From the NCBI RefSeq assembly GCF_000328665.1, contig NC_019972.1, forward strand, positions 186,001 to 250,000: a stretch of DNA of 64,000 bases, given 5' to 3'. This document shows, piece by piece, positions 21,701 to 31,337 of this stretch. Positions within the stretch are counted from its first letter, which is position 1. The number at the start of each line of letters is the position of its first letter. A program made the translations under genes and the position numbers. Under the pieces are notes generated by a model. It saw only the letters and a program-made list of their open reading frames with translations. It was not told the origin of the DNA and did not search any database. Origin of the DNA: Methanomethylovorans hollandica DSM 15978. GTDB taxonomy: Archaea; Halobacteriota; Methanosarcinia; Methanosarcinales; Methanosarcinaceae.

Positions 21701-21881
21701 CCCTGGTAAGTGTACGGGATTCCTGCATCTCGAAGATCCTGTAGTTTGGATCGTCTGGACTAATTGTTCTTAATATTGATTTTATTTCTTCAGTTATTGG
21801 TTCTGGAATAAGATCGGACTTTGGGAGAATAGGGTTTGAACTGATCTGATCGAGAAATTCGATTAATGTAGTTTGTAACAA
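18768..21881 (-). CDS. N6-adenine DNA methyltransferase-SNF2 helicase fusion
   Basis: MTase motifs GQFFTP, DNSMGIGSM, GIELD and NPPF; SNF2 motifs DMGVGKT, DEAH, ATGT and QAYSRILRPQQ. Confidence 0.88.
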   Translation of the reverse strand: MLQTTLIEFLDQISSNPILPKSDLIPEPITEEIKSILRTISPDDPNYRIFEMQESRTLTREYALHKYKPLGLTVKLEGSRGLPDMHKKRELNKGQFFTPAVVVKALTESMGLDRAKNLTIMDNSMGIGSMFQFIPNNNRLYGIELDNNAFSIAKYIWPNDTIINDNLINHTSFKHGAIPENDRYLLTSKERTMVDAFIINPPFSLQIEKKNIPLINANWGKLGPRSSIESHIAALEIALESSRTVVGAILPTSFFTNSSTYSFEKWASIQHKKLLRIDLPSEAFKEYGTEWNCSLVVYIPYDYWYNKLETMHLTVETMEQLPEKIEIWKNSEGYKKLLEKIDTANEYPLYDLDLQPHAEIESISVPSKPTLSLEYAKKIRISVNANSSGLVFSAKDMLSALKLQEAIDSYGKKYNRGNQTNFSIWQWNCRRMNIVNDGLDTIMQMKEHLERKGLDVVFDDQVFNWYKKITQRKELEMTPFEKAVYDEDKGIWINKYSENGIRTKYAAKYEELHKKLDKLGIDWLWPYQKDDVIRMCMKSGVMYTGDMGVGKTRCIIASIILSGHEHALIVVESRNIKEFLTEFNNLGIKNVNVIDSRKELDNLKQFNIISYNKLWTKIDGLKKPYIKVLKKKIKFVAFDEAHNLKAADSNRSLAARQMFGRCKRIIEATGTIINNYPRNIFSLLVAAWGDGTELNPYGYRYPVDEGYQFTSGTRKFNETFIKTTWVSEQFAQTLDKGMRSMEVPMVKDINEWYKMLAPKMIRRVTNEPEVKPYMKCPTPVFHNHLIKPDTDHLLYYKKWLENYAKWFREQLEIMKYDSSHNISNAIVISHLTKLQFASTIPQSSKTDIPGFEWNHDSTQKQIKTIELIRNAINNGEKIIVFSERPEFLSYMHRILNQEQINSILFTGEISIDKRITDKEKFQTSPDINVMLATTTCGETALNIPEASTVIVVDVNWTPSKTRQAYSRILRPQQKKEPNIHFVLLEGTIDEYMKQLCDLKANGIDQAIDEKKVSEFNPDNWLSYKDFSYKMLTEEGLL

Positions 21882-21976
21882 GTATCACACCTCTTAGATA
21901 CAAAAAATAGTGTGCTTTTTTTGGTGAAAATTTAGTTCCCAAAATTATTTATACTCATTCTGGAGTGTAATTATAT

Positions 21977-24085
21977 ATGGTGGTAGATCAGGAAGAAATC
22001 CATAGGTTGAGTTTGAGTAAAGATGTAAATGATAGACTTATAGCTTTTAGATTATTTAGGGATCACTTTGAATCATTACCCGACAAGTCATCCGCATGGA
22101 TTGATTTGTATAGATTGACACAGGATAAGAATTCGATTGTAAAAAATAATGCTCCAAATGCTCTTGGTTATGCTTTCGAACATGTTCCTGACAAGTTTGT
22201 TGCATGGACTGATCTACATCATCTAACACGCAATGATGATAAGGATGTTAGAAAGAATGCTGCTTCTACCCTTGGTTATGCTTTTAAACACATTCCTTTG
22301 GAGTTCAAATCTGCTGCTTGGAATGACCTGCATAAGCTGACAAAAAATAAGCATTGGATGGTTAGAATGAATGCTGCTTTAGGTCTTGGTTATTCTTTTG
22401 AGTACATTCCTGAGGAGTTTAAGTCTGCTGCTTGGTTAGATTTACAAAGATTAACAAATGATAAAGATCTTGATGTTAGACAATATGCTGTTAATGCACT
22501 TGGTTATGCCTTTGAATATATTCCTGATAAGTCCATTGCTTGGTCTAATCTCCAGACACTAACAAGTAATGATAATTTGTATCTTAGAAGTCGGGCTACT
22601 TCTGCTCTTGGTCATGCATTTAAGTATGTTCCAAATAGGTCTGTTGCATGGTTCGAATTGCATAGGCTAGTATGTGATGATAATTCATATGTTAGAAGCG
22701 TTGCTGCTAGTAGCCTTGGTTATGTTTTTAAGTACATTCCTGAAGAATTAAAGTCCGAAGCTTGTTCTGATTTACATAAACTAACATATGATGAAGAATT
22801 AAACGTTAGAAGTAATGCCGCTTCGGTTATTGGTTCTGCTTTTTCTTATATTCCTGAAGAATACAAGTCTACAATGTGGTTTGATTTACATAGACTAACA
22901 AATGATAAATATTCAGATGCGAAAATGTATGCAAATCATTCCCTGGGTAAGATATGTATTTATAAAGCATCTAAATCAGAAATCGAATATGAGTCACGTA
23001 CTTTGTTTGAAGAAGCGATTCGATATTTTGAAACTGCTACAAATGAACGTAGTTATTCAAATCCTGCAAAGTTTTGTAATCATTTCTATCGTTCTTTTGA
23101 TGTAGTTTTGTTTAAAAAAAATAACTCAAAGAACAATATTGAGAAATATATTACAGCTGCAAAAAAGGAAATTGAAGGATCTAAAAGTAAAGAAAATCTC
23201 ATCAAAGCAATTGAACAGTTAGCTGAGGCTCTTGAAATGGCACACCATGCTCATGAATCTGGTAATGATTGGCAAGAAACACTAAAACATTGCTCAGATA
23301 TCTGTAATCGTGCTGACCAATTAATGTTAGAGAACAAAGATAATATACCTGCTATATTCGACATATACGAGAAAAACAAACCATCCTTTAGGAAAAACAT
23401 CAAAGAACTCATAGATGAAGTCAAAGAGAAAGCAGAGATAACCTGCAAGGAAACACAAGGTACTCCTGCTGAAGGTGTTGCTTGTTCTATTAACAAGGAA
23501 ATACAAAAATGGAAAATTGAAAGTCAGGAAGATATCGAAAAGAGTTTCTATAATCTAATCGATATGATGAAGATTATGATACCTGACATCCCTAAAAATC
23601 AGTTACTACTCTCAAAAGTTAATTCTATGGAAAATTATACAAAACCAGAGGATGTGTTTGAAGCTCTAGGTATGATATTTCCATTGATCAAAAACATGAG
23701 TCTATCTGAAGATATAAACTATATCAAATCAACAGTAGATGAAATAAAAGTTGATGTAAAACAAGTAGATACGAAAATCGATAATCTGAGTATTAATGTC
23801 GAGCAAGTGACGAAACAGATAATGGAACAGCCAAATTCACAAGAATATCTTGATCTGATCCAACAGAGATTAGAAAATATTCAAGATAAAATTCCTGAAA
23901 TGAAGGATGAGATTAAAGATGTACTTGATGAATTGTATTCTCCTCTTGGAATAGAGAGAAAACTAAAAATTTCCATCCCATTAATTCCATTGTTCATGTC
24001 ATATGAAGCTCAAGTAACTCCTTCTAAGTTTGTAGTTGATCGGATTTTTGAATTTAAGCAGCTTTACAGTAAATTAATAATATGA
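21977..24085 (+). CDS. HEAT-repeat protein with coiled-coil tail (Methanosarcina-type)
   Basis: About seven ~38-40-aa repeats (AW.DLH.LT.D....VR..AA..LG.AF..IP), then NHSLGKICIYKASK and NPAKFC. Confidence 0.8.
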   Translation: MVVDQEEIHRLSLSKDVNDRLIAFRLFRDHFESLPDKSSAWIDLYRLTQDKNSIVKNNAPNALGYAFEHVPDKFVAWTDLHHLTRNDDKDVRKNAASTLGYAFKHIPLEFKSAAWNDLHKLTKNKHWMVRMNAALGLGYSFEYIPEEFKSAAWLDLQRLTNDKDLDVRQYAVNALGYAFEYIPDKSIAWSNLQTLTSNDNLYLRSRATSALGHAFKYVPNRSVAWFELHRLVCDDNSYVRSVAASSLGYVFKYIPEELKSEACSDLHKLTYDEELNVRSNAASVIGSAFSYIPEEYKSTMWFDLHRLTNDKYSDAKMYANHSLGKICIYKASKSEIEYESRTLFEEAIRYFETATNERSYSNPAKFCNHFYRSFDVVLFKKNNSKNNIEKYITAAKKEIEGSKSKENLIKAIEQLAEALEMAHHAHESGNDWQETLKHCSDICNRADQLMLENKDNIPAIFDIYEKNKPSFRKNIKELIDEVKEKAEITCKETQGTPAEGVACSINKEIQKWKIESQEDIEKSFYNLIDMMKIMIPDIPKNQLLLSKVNSMENYTKPEDVFEALGMIFPLIKNMSLSEDINYIKSTVDEIKVDVKQVDTKIDNLSINVEQVTKQIMEQPNSQEYLDLIQQRLENIQDKIPEMKDEIKDVLDELYSPLGIERKLKISIPLIPLFMSYEAQVTPSKFVVDRIFEFKQLYSKLII

Positions 24086-24155
24086 GAAATAAATGATATC
24101 GTTTTTCAAGCCATATATTTGATATTTGCATCCAATTTTTGCATGAGAAAATGAA

Positions 24156-24434
24156 CTATTTGCTTTTATTAGCACTATTAACCACTTTTATGTTTCTGAT
24201 ATCATTTGGATTTACAAAGATAGGCTTATTACCAATCATCACTCTGATATGGTCACGGAAACTAGGAAGAGCTCCTATAATTTTGTCTCCATTTTTCGTT
24301 TCGATCTCAAATGTTGACTTGTGTTCAAATTTTGGATAGTTCTTTTGGGTGACAGAAAATATCATTCCAAGAAAAATCGGTGAAAGTAGTCCTAGTACAA
24401 AAACAACGAAGATACCTAATAGAGACATCTGCAT
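24156..24434 (-). CDS. Small membrane protein
   Basis: N-terminal TM helix; GAGG RBS. Confidence 0.5.
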   Translation of the reverse strand: MQMSLLGIFVVFVLGLLSPIFLGMIFSVTQKNYPKFEHKSTFEIETKNGDKIIGALPSFRDHIRVMIGNKPIFVNPNDIRNIKVVNSANKSK

Positions 24435-24527
24435 ATTATTTCCTCTGTATTCTATGTTACTGTATTTGGGAAATTATTCCCAATGTATAAATAACTTGTG
24501 TTTTTATTGTTCACCTAAAAAAATATA

Positions 24528-26852
24528 TTATGTCTGTATCTGCAGAGATGGTTTCTTTTCTGGTGATTTCGTATTCTTATTCCTCAGATGTTCAGGATCA
24601 TACCTTTGCCTGTCTTTAAGTTCCTGTTTCTTTGCAGCATTCCAGCCGCTAACTGCTTGAATATAACCAGTGACTCTGGAAAGGTGTTCTACATTATTGG
24701 ATCCACAATTCTCGCAAGTATTGTGTAATCCTGGCATTACGTGAGAATCATTTCTGCAGATAGTCAGATCCTTTGTAAATGCAAAGTACCCGACCTGCGT
24801 GTTCTTAGCAATGTTCATAGCAAATTCTTTGAGTCCTTTTGCATCCGGAGAGCTTTCTCCAAGCCATATATGGAGAATGTTTCCTCCGTCAACTATTGGG
24901 AAGAACGTGTGCTCCGCCTTGATTCTATCTATAATTGATATGTTTGCTCCAGGTGGTACATGTGTTCCGTTTGTGTAGTATACAGGGAGATCTCTTGTCA
25001 TGTTTCTTTGCCTGAGAGCTGTATCAATATCTCCTTTGATGACACGGATTGCATCTTTTCTATAAGATTCGTTCAGCAGGTCGGATACAGCAAATCTCTG
25101 ACATGTTGTTTCTGCAGGTGTTCTTGCAAGAGCAATTGTCATACCGTGCTTTACAGACAGTTCTTTTGCATACATTTCCATTTCTGTCATTACCCTTATT
25201 GCAAGTTTCATGGCAATGTGTGATTCATGTAGCTGGCACCCACATTGGACCTGAACCATTTCGTTGATTCCTATAACACCGATTGTATAAACCAATGCAT
25301 TCAGATCGACTGCAATGCTTCCCTTTTTATTTGTATTGGGATCTTTTGGTCTTTGAGTAATGAATGGCATTCTACCTGCAGTTATTACCTGGTTCATCCA
25401 GTTTTTCTTGATGTTGAATATTTTGACTGCATCATCCATCTGTTTCTTGAGGATTGCTATCAGGAGATTATCATTACCATTGGCTTTGTAAGCTGCTCTT
25501 GGACAATTGAGTGATACTACCTGCCATGATCCCATTGAGAAATGCTTACCCTCCTTGAATAGTACTTTTTCTTCAAATTCGTTATCATCTTCTTCATTTA
25601 CGGAAAATTGATAAGCACAACATTGATAGCAAGAAATCCCGCCTTTTGAACGTCTGTATTCAGGAAGCTGGTTATCAAAGTAAGGAGTTCCGAACTTTGA
25701 AGCAAGTTCAAATGCAGTCGTGTATAATTCTTCATATGTGGGGAGTTCTGGATGGGTTTTGTTGAATAATGTGTCTTCTTGCATAAAATCGGGTTCTATA
25801 GAAATCTCAGGCTTTGGAAAACTGAATGGCTTGCCCCAATAATCACCCTGTAGCATGACATTCATTAGAGCTTTGAAGGATAACCTTACTTCTCTTTCAA
25901 ACTCACCATATGTACGTTTTAATGGGCTATCGAGACCATTCCAGACCTTTCCCATATATACAGCTGGAATATCTTTCCATATACTTGGTATTCCCGGAGA
26001 AAGCTGAACTGATGAGAACACCAGCTGTCCTCCACGAGCAACCATCATCTGTGTCATTTCATAGATGAACATTTGCATTAGCTGTTCAATTTCCTTGTAT
26101 TCTTTGCCTTCCAGGTAAGGAGCAAGGAACGTAAGGAAATTGTAGAATCCCTGCCCTCCGGCAAAGTTTGTCTGTGCGCTTCCAAGTGCTTTTACTGCAT
26201 GAAGGATTGCAACTTCTGCTTTCATTGCAGGTCCTGCTACACTTGCTTTCGTTCCGTTTCCATCCGGCATCAAGCCATAGTAGAAGAAATATCTCAGATC
26301 CCAATCCTGACAGAATGGCCGGGTTCCAAAGTATTCAAGATCGTGGATATGAATGTCACCTTTTAGGTGCATATCAGTGATTTCCTGAGGGAATAGTAAA
26401 AGATACTGTTCCTTAGAGATCTTATCGGCTTTTTTCTTGTGAGCTGTTTCAGCATTACACTGTAAATTGGCATTTTCATTTACTTCAAAACCGTTACCTA
26501 AATCGATTTCACATGCATCAAATACAGGAGTTCCAACACGAGTAGATATTTTTCTCCATTCAGGATGACCTGACTCAAGGAGCTTAATGTTGACAATTTC
26601 TCTAATGAGAGGGCCTGAGAGAACAGAAAGATTCATTTTCAAAATACTTTTCTCAACGTCCTTTGCTATATTTTGTGCTTCTTCTCTTGTGATTGCTGTA
26701 ATTCCATAGTACTTTTCACAAAGGACTGTTTCTTTGAGGAGCTGGTTCACGATAGCTTCTTTGTTCCATTCTATGAAGTGGCCATCCGTTGTCCGGACTT
26801 GAGGCATAGTAACTACAAGTGATCCATCTAATGATTGCTGTTTAGGTTGCAT
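24528..26852 (-). CDS. nrdD: Anaerobic (class III) ribonucleoside-triphosphate reductase
   Basis: ATP-cone-like N-terminus, IHIHDLEY, CYQCC, TPAE, YYTN, C-terminal Cys cluster and glycyl-radical motif SRVTGY; start re-called at MQPKQQSLDG. Confidence 0.95.
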   Translation of the reverse strand: MQPKQQSLDGSLVVTMPQVRTTDGHFIEWNKEAIVNQLLKETVLCEKYYGITAITREEAQNIAKDVEKSILKMNLSVLSGPLIREIVNIKLLESGHPEWRKISTRVGTPVFDACEIDLGNGFEVNENANLQCNAETAHKKKADKISKEQYLLLFPQEITDMHLKGDIHIHDLEYFGTRPFCQDWDLRYFFYYGLMPDGNGTKASVAGPAMKAEVAILHAVKALGSAQTNFAGGQGFYNFLTFLAPYLEGKEYKEIEQLMQMFIYEMTQMMVARGGQLVFSSVQLSPGIPSIWKDIPAVYMGKVWNGLDSPLKRTYGEFEREVRLSFKALMNVMLQGDYWGKPFSFPKPEISIEPDFMQEDTLFNKTHPELPTYEELYTTAFELASKFGTPYFDNQLPEYRRSKGGISCYQCCAYQFSVNEEDDNEFEEKVLFKEGKHFSMGSWQVVSLNCPRAAYKANGNDNLLIAILKKQMDDAVKIFNIKKNWMNQVITAGRMPFITQRPKDPNTNKKGSIAVDLNALVYTIGVIGINEMVQVQCGCQLHESHIAMKLAIRVMTEMEMYAKELSVKHGMTIALARTPAETTCQRFAVSDLLNESYRKDAIRVIKGDIDTALRQRNMTRDLPVYYTNGTHVPPGANISIIDRIKAEHTFFPIVDGGNILHIWLGESSPDAKGLKEFAMNIAKNTQVGYFAFTKDLTICRNDSHVMPGLHNTCENCGSNNVEHLSRVTGYIQAVSGWNAAKKQELKDRQRYDPEHLRNKNTKSPEKKPSLQIQT

Positions 26853-26923
26853 GTGATTACCTTGATTATTTGGTAATGAGTGTTTGTTTTTTTTTAAAAA
26901 AAAAGCAGTATTATAAATCAAAT

Positions 26924-26967
26924 ACAGGAGACATATTTAAGAGAGGTGTAACGCTGATGTCTCCTGT
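26924..26967. repeat. 11-bp inverted repeat upstream of nrdD
   Basis: ACAGGAGACAT-N22-ATGTCTCCTGT. Confidence 0.5.
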
Positions 26968-26991
26968 TTATCTTATGAATCCTGATGCAAC

Positions 26992-28740
26992 TCAGGCATA
27001 AGCTGGAATATCTTCAAGTATTGATGTGATTTTTGTCATGCTATCGGGTTTCTCGCTCTTGAGATTAACCATAACAATATCATTTTGATGAGTAATTGTT
27101 ATTGTTGTTGAAAGCATGGTAAATGAAACATCTGTAGTCAATGATTCCTGAATATTGGTCTTGTTCTTGGTAGTTCCAAGATTTACAAACTCAGGGAATA
27201 CTTGTTTAGAAAAGACTTCTTTATCGAATTTAAATGTCTTTTCTTTTCTCTCATTATATTTTTTTAGAAGGGTTTCTATGGATTCCCTGTTGGAGAGAAT
27301 CTTTTCGTAATTTCTCATCGGTACCATTGTCGAAAGTGTATCACATATTACTTGAATATCCGGTTTTTTATCTGTTGGCATGGCAAAGGTTTGAGAGGAC
27401 TTGATCCTCTGTTCTAATAACTGGAAATCATCGTCTTTTGGTTGTGTTTCCAGTATACTCATAACATCTTCAAGATCTCTTGTACTGGTGTTTGCATATA
27501 TTCTTAGAATATCGATAAGTGTGTTCAGGTACAGCATGTTTTGTCTTGAGTACTTGAACATTTCTTCGATTATACTTGATGCAGGTTTTGCTATTGCCTG
27601 CTGATATTTACTAAGAATATCCAGGCAATGTTGTTTTTGCTGTTCTACTTTGGGTATTGCATATTCTACTATCCATGTGTGTGCATCAACATACTTGGAC
27701 ATTGTTTCTGGTTGCAATGTAATACGATGGTTCAATGCATAAGGCATTATGAACATTATATCGTCTATAGATACTGTATCTCTCTTCTCAAGCCATGCTT
27801 TGGTTTTCGAGAATTTGAGGATTGATTCAATGAACCTCTGCCCTATGGGGTATTTGACATGAGCACAAAGTCCATTATCAAAACTGCATGCCTTACAGTT
27901 TATATTTTCATTGTAGATTTCATTTGCAATGTCTCTGCGATGTTTACATGCAAAGAACAACTGAGTAATTGCTGACAACAGATAAATGTCCTCGGACTTG
28001 ATATGTACTTTTCTTATATCTTCATATATCTCTGTCATTTGCACGTATGACAGCAGAGAAGGTAATTCTGCAGCTGTCTTATCAGACGTTTTTATAGTCT
28101 GGGTAGCAATTATCGTAAACAATGAAGGAGCACACATTGGGATCTTAACATCTATTCTATCCTCCAGTGCAGGTTCCAGCCTGCGACCATCGTTCTGCAT
28201 GTGTACAGGATTCTGGTCGAATATAGTGATTGATGGATTTGGAGACCTGAATATTTTACCCTTATATTCGAGCTCTTGCTCTTGGAATAGTCGTAAGAGT
28301 GTATCCTGAAGTGATTTACTTGCTCTGTTGGCCTCATTTACGAACTTAATTGGCTGAGTTACGAAATCCATTGCTCTTGGATCAAAATCATATTCCTGCT
28401 GTGTATTTGTCAGCTGGCCAGATTTATCGTAATTATAATGTGTATTTGATGTTACTGCAGTTTCATACAGGGATTCTTCCTGTCTTTTGTCAGGATCGCA
28501 TTGAAGCAATCCTATTTTCTGGTCCTTGAAGAAAACCTTTTGGATTGCTCTTGTTGATACTCCTTTTCCTATACCCATTATTCCTTCGAGTAAAGTAATA
28601 CCGTTTTCTGTTAATGGAATCAGGCACAGCATTGTTTTGATGGATGGATCAAATATCGTAACGCTTTCCTTTGTTTTTCCATTAAATATTTCCTTGAGAC
28701 CTGCAAGGACAGTTTCATGATGAATAAATGAAGGTTCCAT
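26992..28740 (-). CDS. MoxR-like AAA+ ATPase
   Basis: Walker A LLEGIMGIGKG, degenerate Walker B FVNEANRAS, DQNP, LEPALEDRID and ALNHRI. Confidence 0.8.
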   Translation of the reverse strand: MEPSFIHHETVLAGLKEIFNGKTKESVTIFDPSIKTMLCLIPLTENGITLLEGIMGIGKGVSTRAIQKVFFKDQKIGLLQCDPDKRQEESLYETAVTSNTHYNYDKSGQLTNTQQEYDFDPRAMDFVTQPIKFVNEANRASKSLQDTLLRLFQEQELEYKGKIFRSPNPSITIFDQNPVHMQNDGRRLEPALEDRIDVKIPMCAPSLFTIIATQTIKTSDKTAAELPSLLSYVQMTEIYEDIRKVHIKSEDIYLLSAITQLFFACKHRRDIANEIYNENINCKACSFDNGLCAHVKYPIGQRFIESILKFSKTKAWLEKRDTVSIDDIMFIMPYALNHRITLQPETMSKYVDAHTWIVEYAIPKVEQQKQHCLDILSKYQQAIAKPASSIIEEMFKYSRQNMLYLNTLIDILRIYANTSTRDLEDVMSILETQPKDDDFQLLEQRIKSSQTFAMPTDKKPDIQVICDTLSTMVPMRNYEKILSNRESIETLLKKYNERKEKTFKFDKEVFSKQVFPEFVNLGTTKNKTNIQESLTTDVSFTMLSTTITITHQNDIVMVNLKSEKPDSMTKITSILEDIPAYA

Positions 28741-28769
28741 TATTTTACCTCAGATAAATTATTGGGAAA

Positions 28770-30056
28770 TCATAGACAATCTAATATTGCATCTCCCAGA
28801 GATAAGTCTTCTTTCTTTTCTTGAGTTTTTATGTCCATTTTATCAGTTGTTTTTGGAGATGATCTCTTTGATGGTATGGATTTCTTACTCTTTGTTGTCC
28901 TTACTGTCTGTTTCGGCTGTTCGAGCAAGGATCTCATTAGCAGACCTTCTGAAGCGTCTAAGAGAGCATCGATTTCCGGAGTTCTGTTCTGATGCAAGGA
29001 ACGAATGTTCTCGATTTCTCTTTTAATTGCATTAATTGATTTCCCATTGATTTTTCCATCTTTGTCATGTGATTTTTTCACTGTGTTGCTTAATGATGAT
29101 ACAATCTTTTCAAGTTGAGCTTTCAAATTCTCGTTTAGCTGAGATACTATCTGTTCGGTCTTTGTTTGTATCACCTGATCTACGATTTCAGGTGATAGTT
29201 TAGATTCTCCTAGTGATGTATCAATGAAGAAAGTTAGAATTTCTATCTTGTTTTGGAGAGAATCATAGTTATTTATTGGCTGAAACTTGCTTATACCAAG
29301 TCTTGCTGCATTTGAATTGATTTTATCCTTATGTTCCCATATTGTATCAATTACATTCTTTACAGAATACTTGTTGTCCCTTCCAATACCTTCTTCTTTG
29401 ACATTTTCAAATACCTTCATTACAGCTACCAGATTATGTTCTGGAATGAATCTGATGTTGGCGAATATTTTAACACCGAGTTTATCCAATTCTCGATCTA
29501 TTGCATTTCTCAGTCTCCCTGGAAGTCCTCTTATTTCTTTTGGTAAAGCAATTGTAATTCTCTCTACGAAATCATTTTCATTTTCTCTGATGGTACCGAA
29601 AGTAGAACCACTGATAGAGTAACTTAAAAGGAGACCTGCAGGAACACTGACAATTCCCATGTTACGGGTATCTTTTATTTCTTTCATTGTGTCCAGTCTT
29701 TCAATAATTGCCTGGATAGCTTCGTCGTTTGTTTTTCCATCAATTAATTCATGGTTAGCTTTTATTGAATCGATTGCATTTTTCCTTTTGGATGGCGCAT
29801 TGTTTTCAGGTACTGGATCTTCATCTTGAATTGTTGGAGTCTCCGGTACTTCATTGGATATGTCTTCTGAATCATTGGTTTCAGTTACTGTGGTAGATTC
29901 GGCTGTAAGAGAATTCTCATTATTAATCGGATTTCCAATGATCATCTTAATGTCTGTACTAATATTGTTTTCAGGAACCAATGGCATATCCACCGTTTGG
30001 GGAAATACATTTGTTTGGTCTCCTGACTCGAAGAAATCTAAAACTAATTGTTGCAT
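28770..30056 (-). CDS. Hypothetical protein, possibly DUF3150-like, with acidic disordered N-terminus
   Basis: RLRNAIDRELDKLGVKIFANIRFIPEHNLVAVMKVFENVK resembles the DUF3150 core; directly upstream of the AAA gene. Confidence 0.5.
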   Translation of the reverse strand: MQQLVLDFFESGDQTNVFPQTVDMPLVPENNISTDIKMIIGNPINNENSLTAESTTVTETNDSEDISNEVPETPTIQDEDPVPENNAPSKRKNAIDSIKANHELIDGKTNDEAIQAIIERLDTMKEIKDTRNMGIVSVPAGLLLSYSISGSTFGTIRENENDFVERITIALPKEIRGLPGRLRNAIDRELDKLGVKIFANIRFIPEHNLVAVMKVFENVKEEGIGRDNKYSVKNVIDTIWEHKDKINSNAARLGISKFQPINNYDSLQNKIEILTFFIDTSLGESKLSPEIVDQVIQTKTEQIVSQLNENLKAQLEKIVSSLSNTVKKSHDKDGKINGKSINAIKREIENIRSLHQNRTPEIDALLDASEGLLMRSLLEQPKQTVRTTKSKKSIPSKRSSPKTTDKMDIKTQEKKEDLSLGDAILDCL

Positions 30057-30207
30057 AATTACACCTCTAAATAATTCATTTTATGTTTGTTTTTTTTGTT
30101 GGTGTATTTTAGAAGCAGGTGTTTCTAGAAGATGAAAAAAAGAAGATAAAAGAAGAATGGTCAGGATGTATTCGTGTAAAGATGCAGATATTATAGCAAA
30201 AAAAAGA

Positions 30208-30459
30208 TTAAGAAATGTATTTTTGATGGGATCTCAGAATCTTGATGTCGATAAACTCGACAATCCCAAAAAGCATCATAATAGCAGCAATTATCAATGA
30301 AAATATCCCACTCCATCCTATTAGAATATCAGATAATGTAGGGAGGGGTTCAAGTGTAGTTGCTTGTACTGTGTCAGTTATGTAATTCCACTCAATAGTT
30401 GAATAACTGAGAAGAATTATACTTATCAGAAGGTCGATGTGATATGGTTCTCTTCTCAT
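30208..30459 (-). CDS. Small two-TM membrane protein
   Basis: Overlaps the scpA stop by 4 bp; two hydrophobic segments. Confidence 0.55.
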   Translation of the reverse strand: MRREPYHIDLLISIILLSYSTIEWNYITDTVQATTLEPLPTLSDILIGWSGIFSLIIAAIMMLFGIVEFIDIKILRSHQKYIS

Positions 30460-31283
30460 GTGATCACCTGTATTTCAATTTCCTGTGGCATGCGGATATA
30501 TATTTCACCATAAAGTTCTGTTTGAGTTAAATGCACTTTCTTATCGTTAGCAAGGAACAACAATGCTAAGTATATCAGTAATGGACTTTCTGTTCCTGAA
30601 TTTATTATTTCAGATAATGTTATAAACTCATTCTCAAGAAATATTTGGTCTAATCTTTCTTTTAGTCTTTCAGAATGACCAAGTATATCTTCTTCGTGAG
30701 CAATTTCAAGAACAGAATCCGTTGTTATTAATATAGGATCATCAAATCCTGGTTTCAGGTATTCATCTGCAGGTGTGTCTGGTTCCGTTGTTTCGATTAA
30801 TAATTCATCAAGCAAGTCGTCAAGTGATATGTATACTTTCTTGCGTGATGTAGAAGGCAGAGAATACTCATGTTCGAGGTCCTGATCAATAAGTGCCTGC
30901 TGGTCTGCAGGATCAGCCGGAAGTTCAAAATCTATTTCATCGTCCAGGGAAATTGAAGACGATTTTATTCGTAGAAGTATGGATGCCTGCATTAATGTCC
31001 GGGCAGATATCCTGATATCCATTTTTTCCATGGATTTCAGCATTGAAAAGAACCAATCGGTTATGGTAATGATATCAACGTTCCATGGATCTATTTTTTC
31101 ATTCTTTGCGAGGTATAGCAATATCTCAATGGGTTCGTTCAGGATATCTTCCGGCAGGTCAATTTTTGAAGTGTCTACTTTTAACTTCTCTAGATTTAAT
31201 TTGATTTCCTGTGCGATTTCACATAGCTGCGAGGAGTTATCATCTGAGATTTCTATTGGATTTTGGGTTTCTTTGATACTCAT
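30456..31283 (-). CDS. scpA: Segregation/condensation protein A (kleisin)
   Basis: EPIEILLYLAKNEKIDPWNVDII.ITD.F, SARTLMQASILLRIKS and YLALLFLA...LTQTELYGEIYI. Confidence 0.88.
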   Translation of the reverse strand: MSIKETQNPIEISDDNSSQLCEIAQEIKLNLEKLKVDTSKIDLPEDILNEPIEILLYLAKNEKIDPWNVDIITITDWFFSMLKSMEKMDIRISARTLMQASILLRIKSSSISLDDEIDFELPADPADQQALIDQDLEHEYSLPSTSRKKVYISLDDLLDELLIETTEPDTPADEYLKPGFDDPILITTDSVLEIAHEEDILGHSERLKERLDQIFLENEFITLSEIINSGTESPLLIYLALLFLANDKKVHLTQTELYGEIYIRMPQEIEIQVIT

Positions 31284-31337
31284 TGATTTTCCTCGGGTAA
31301 TATAATAAGAAGTATTTTATAATATATAAAATTGCCA

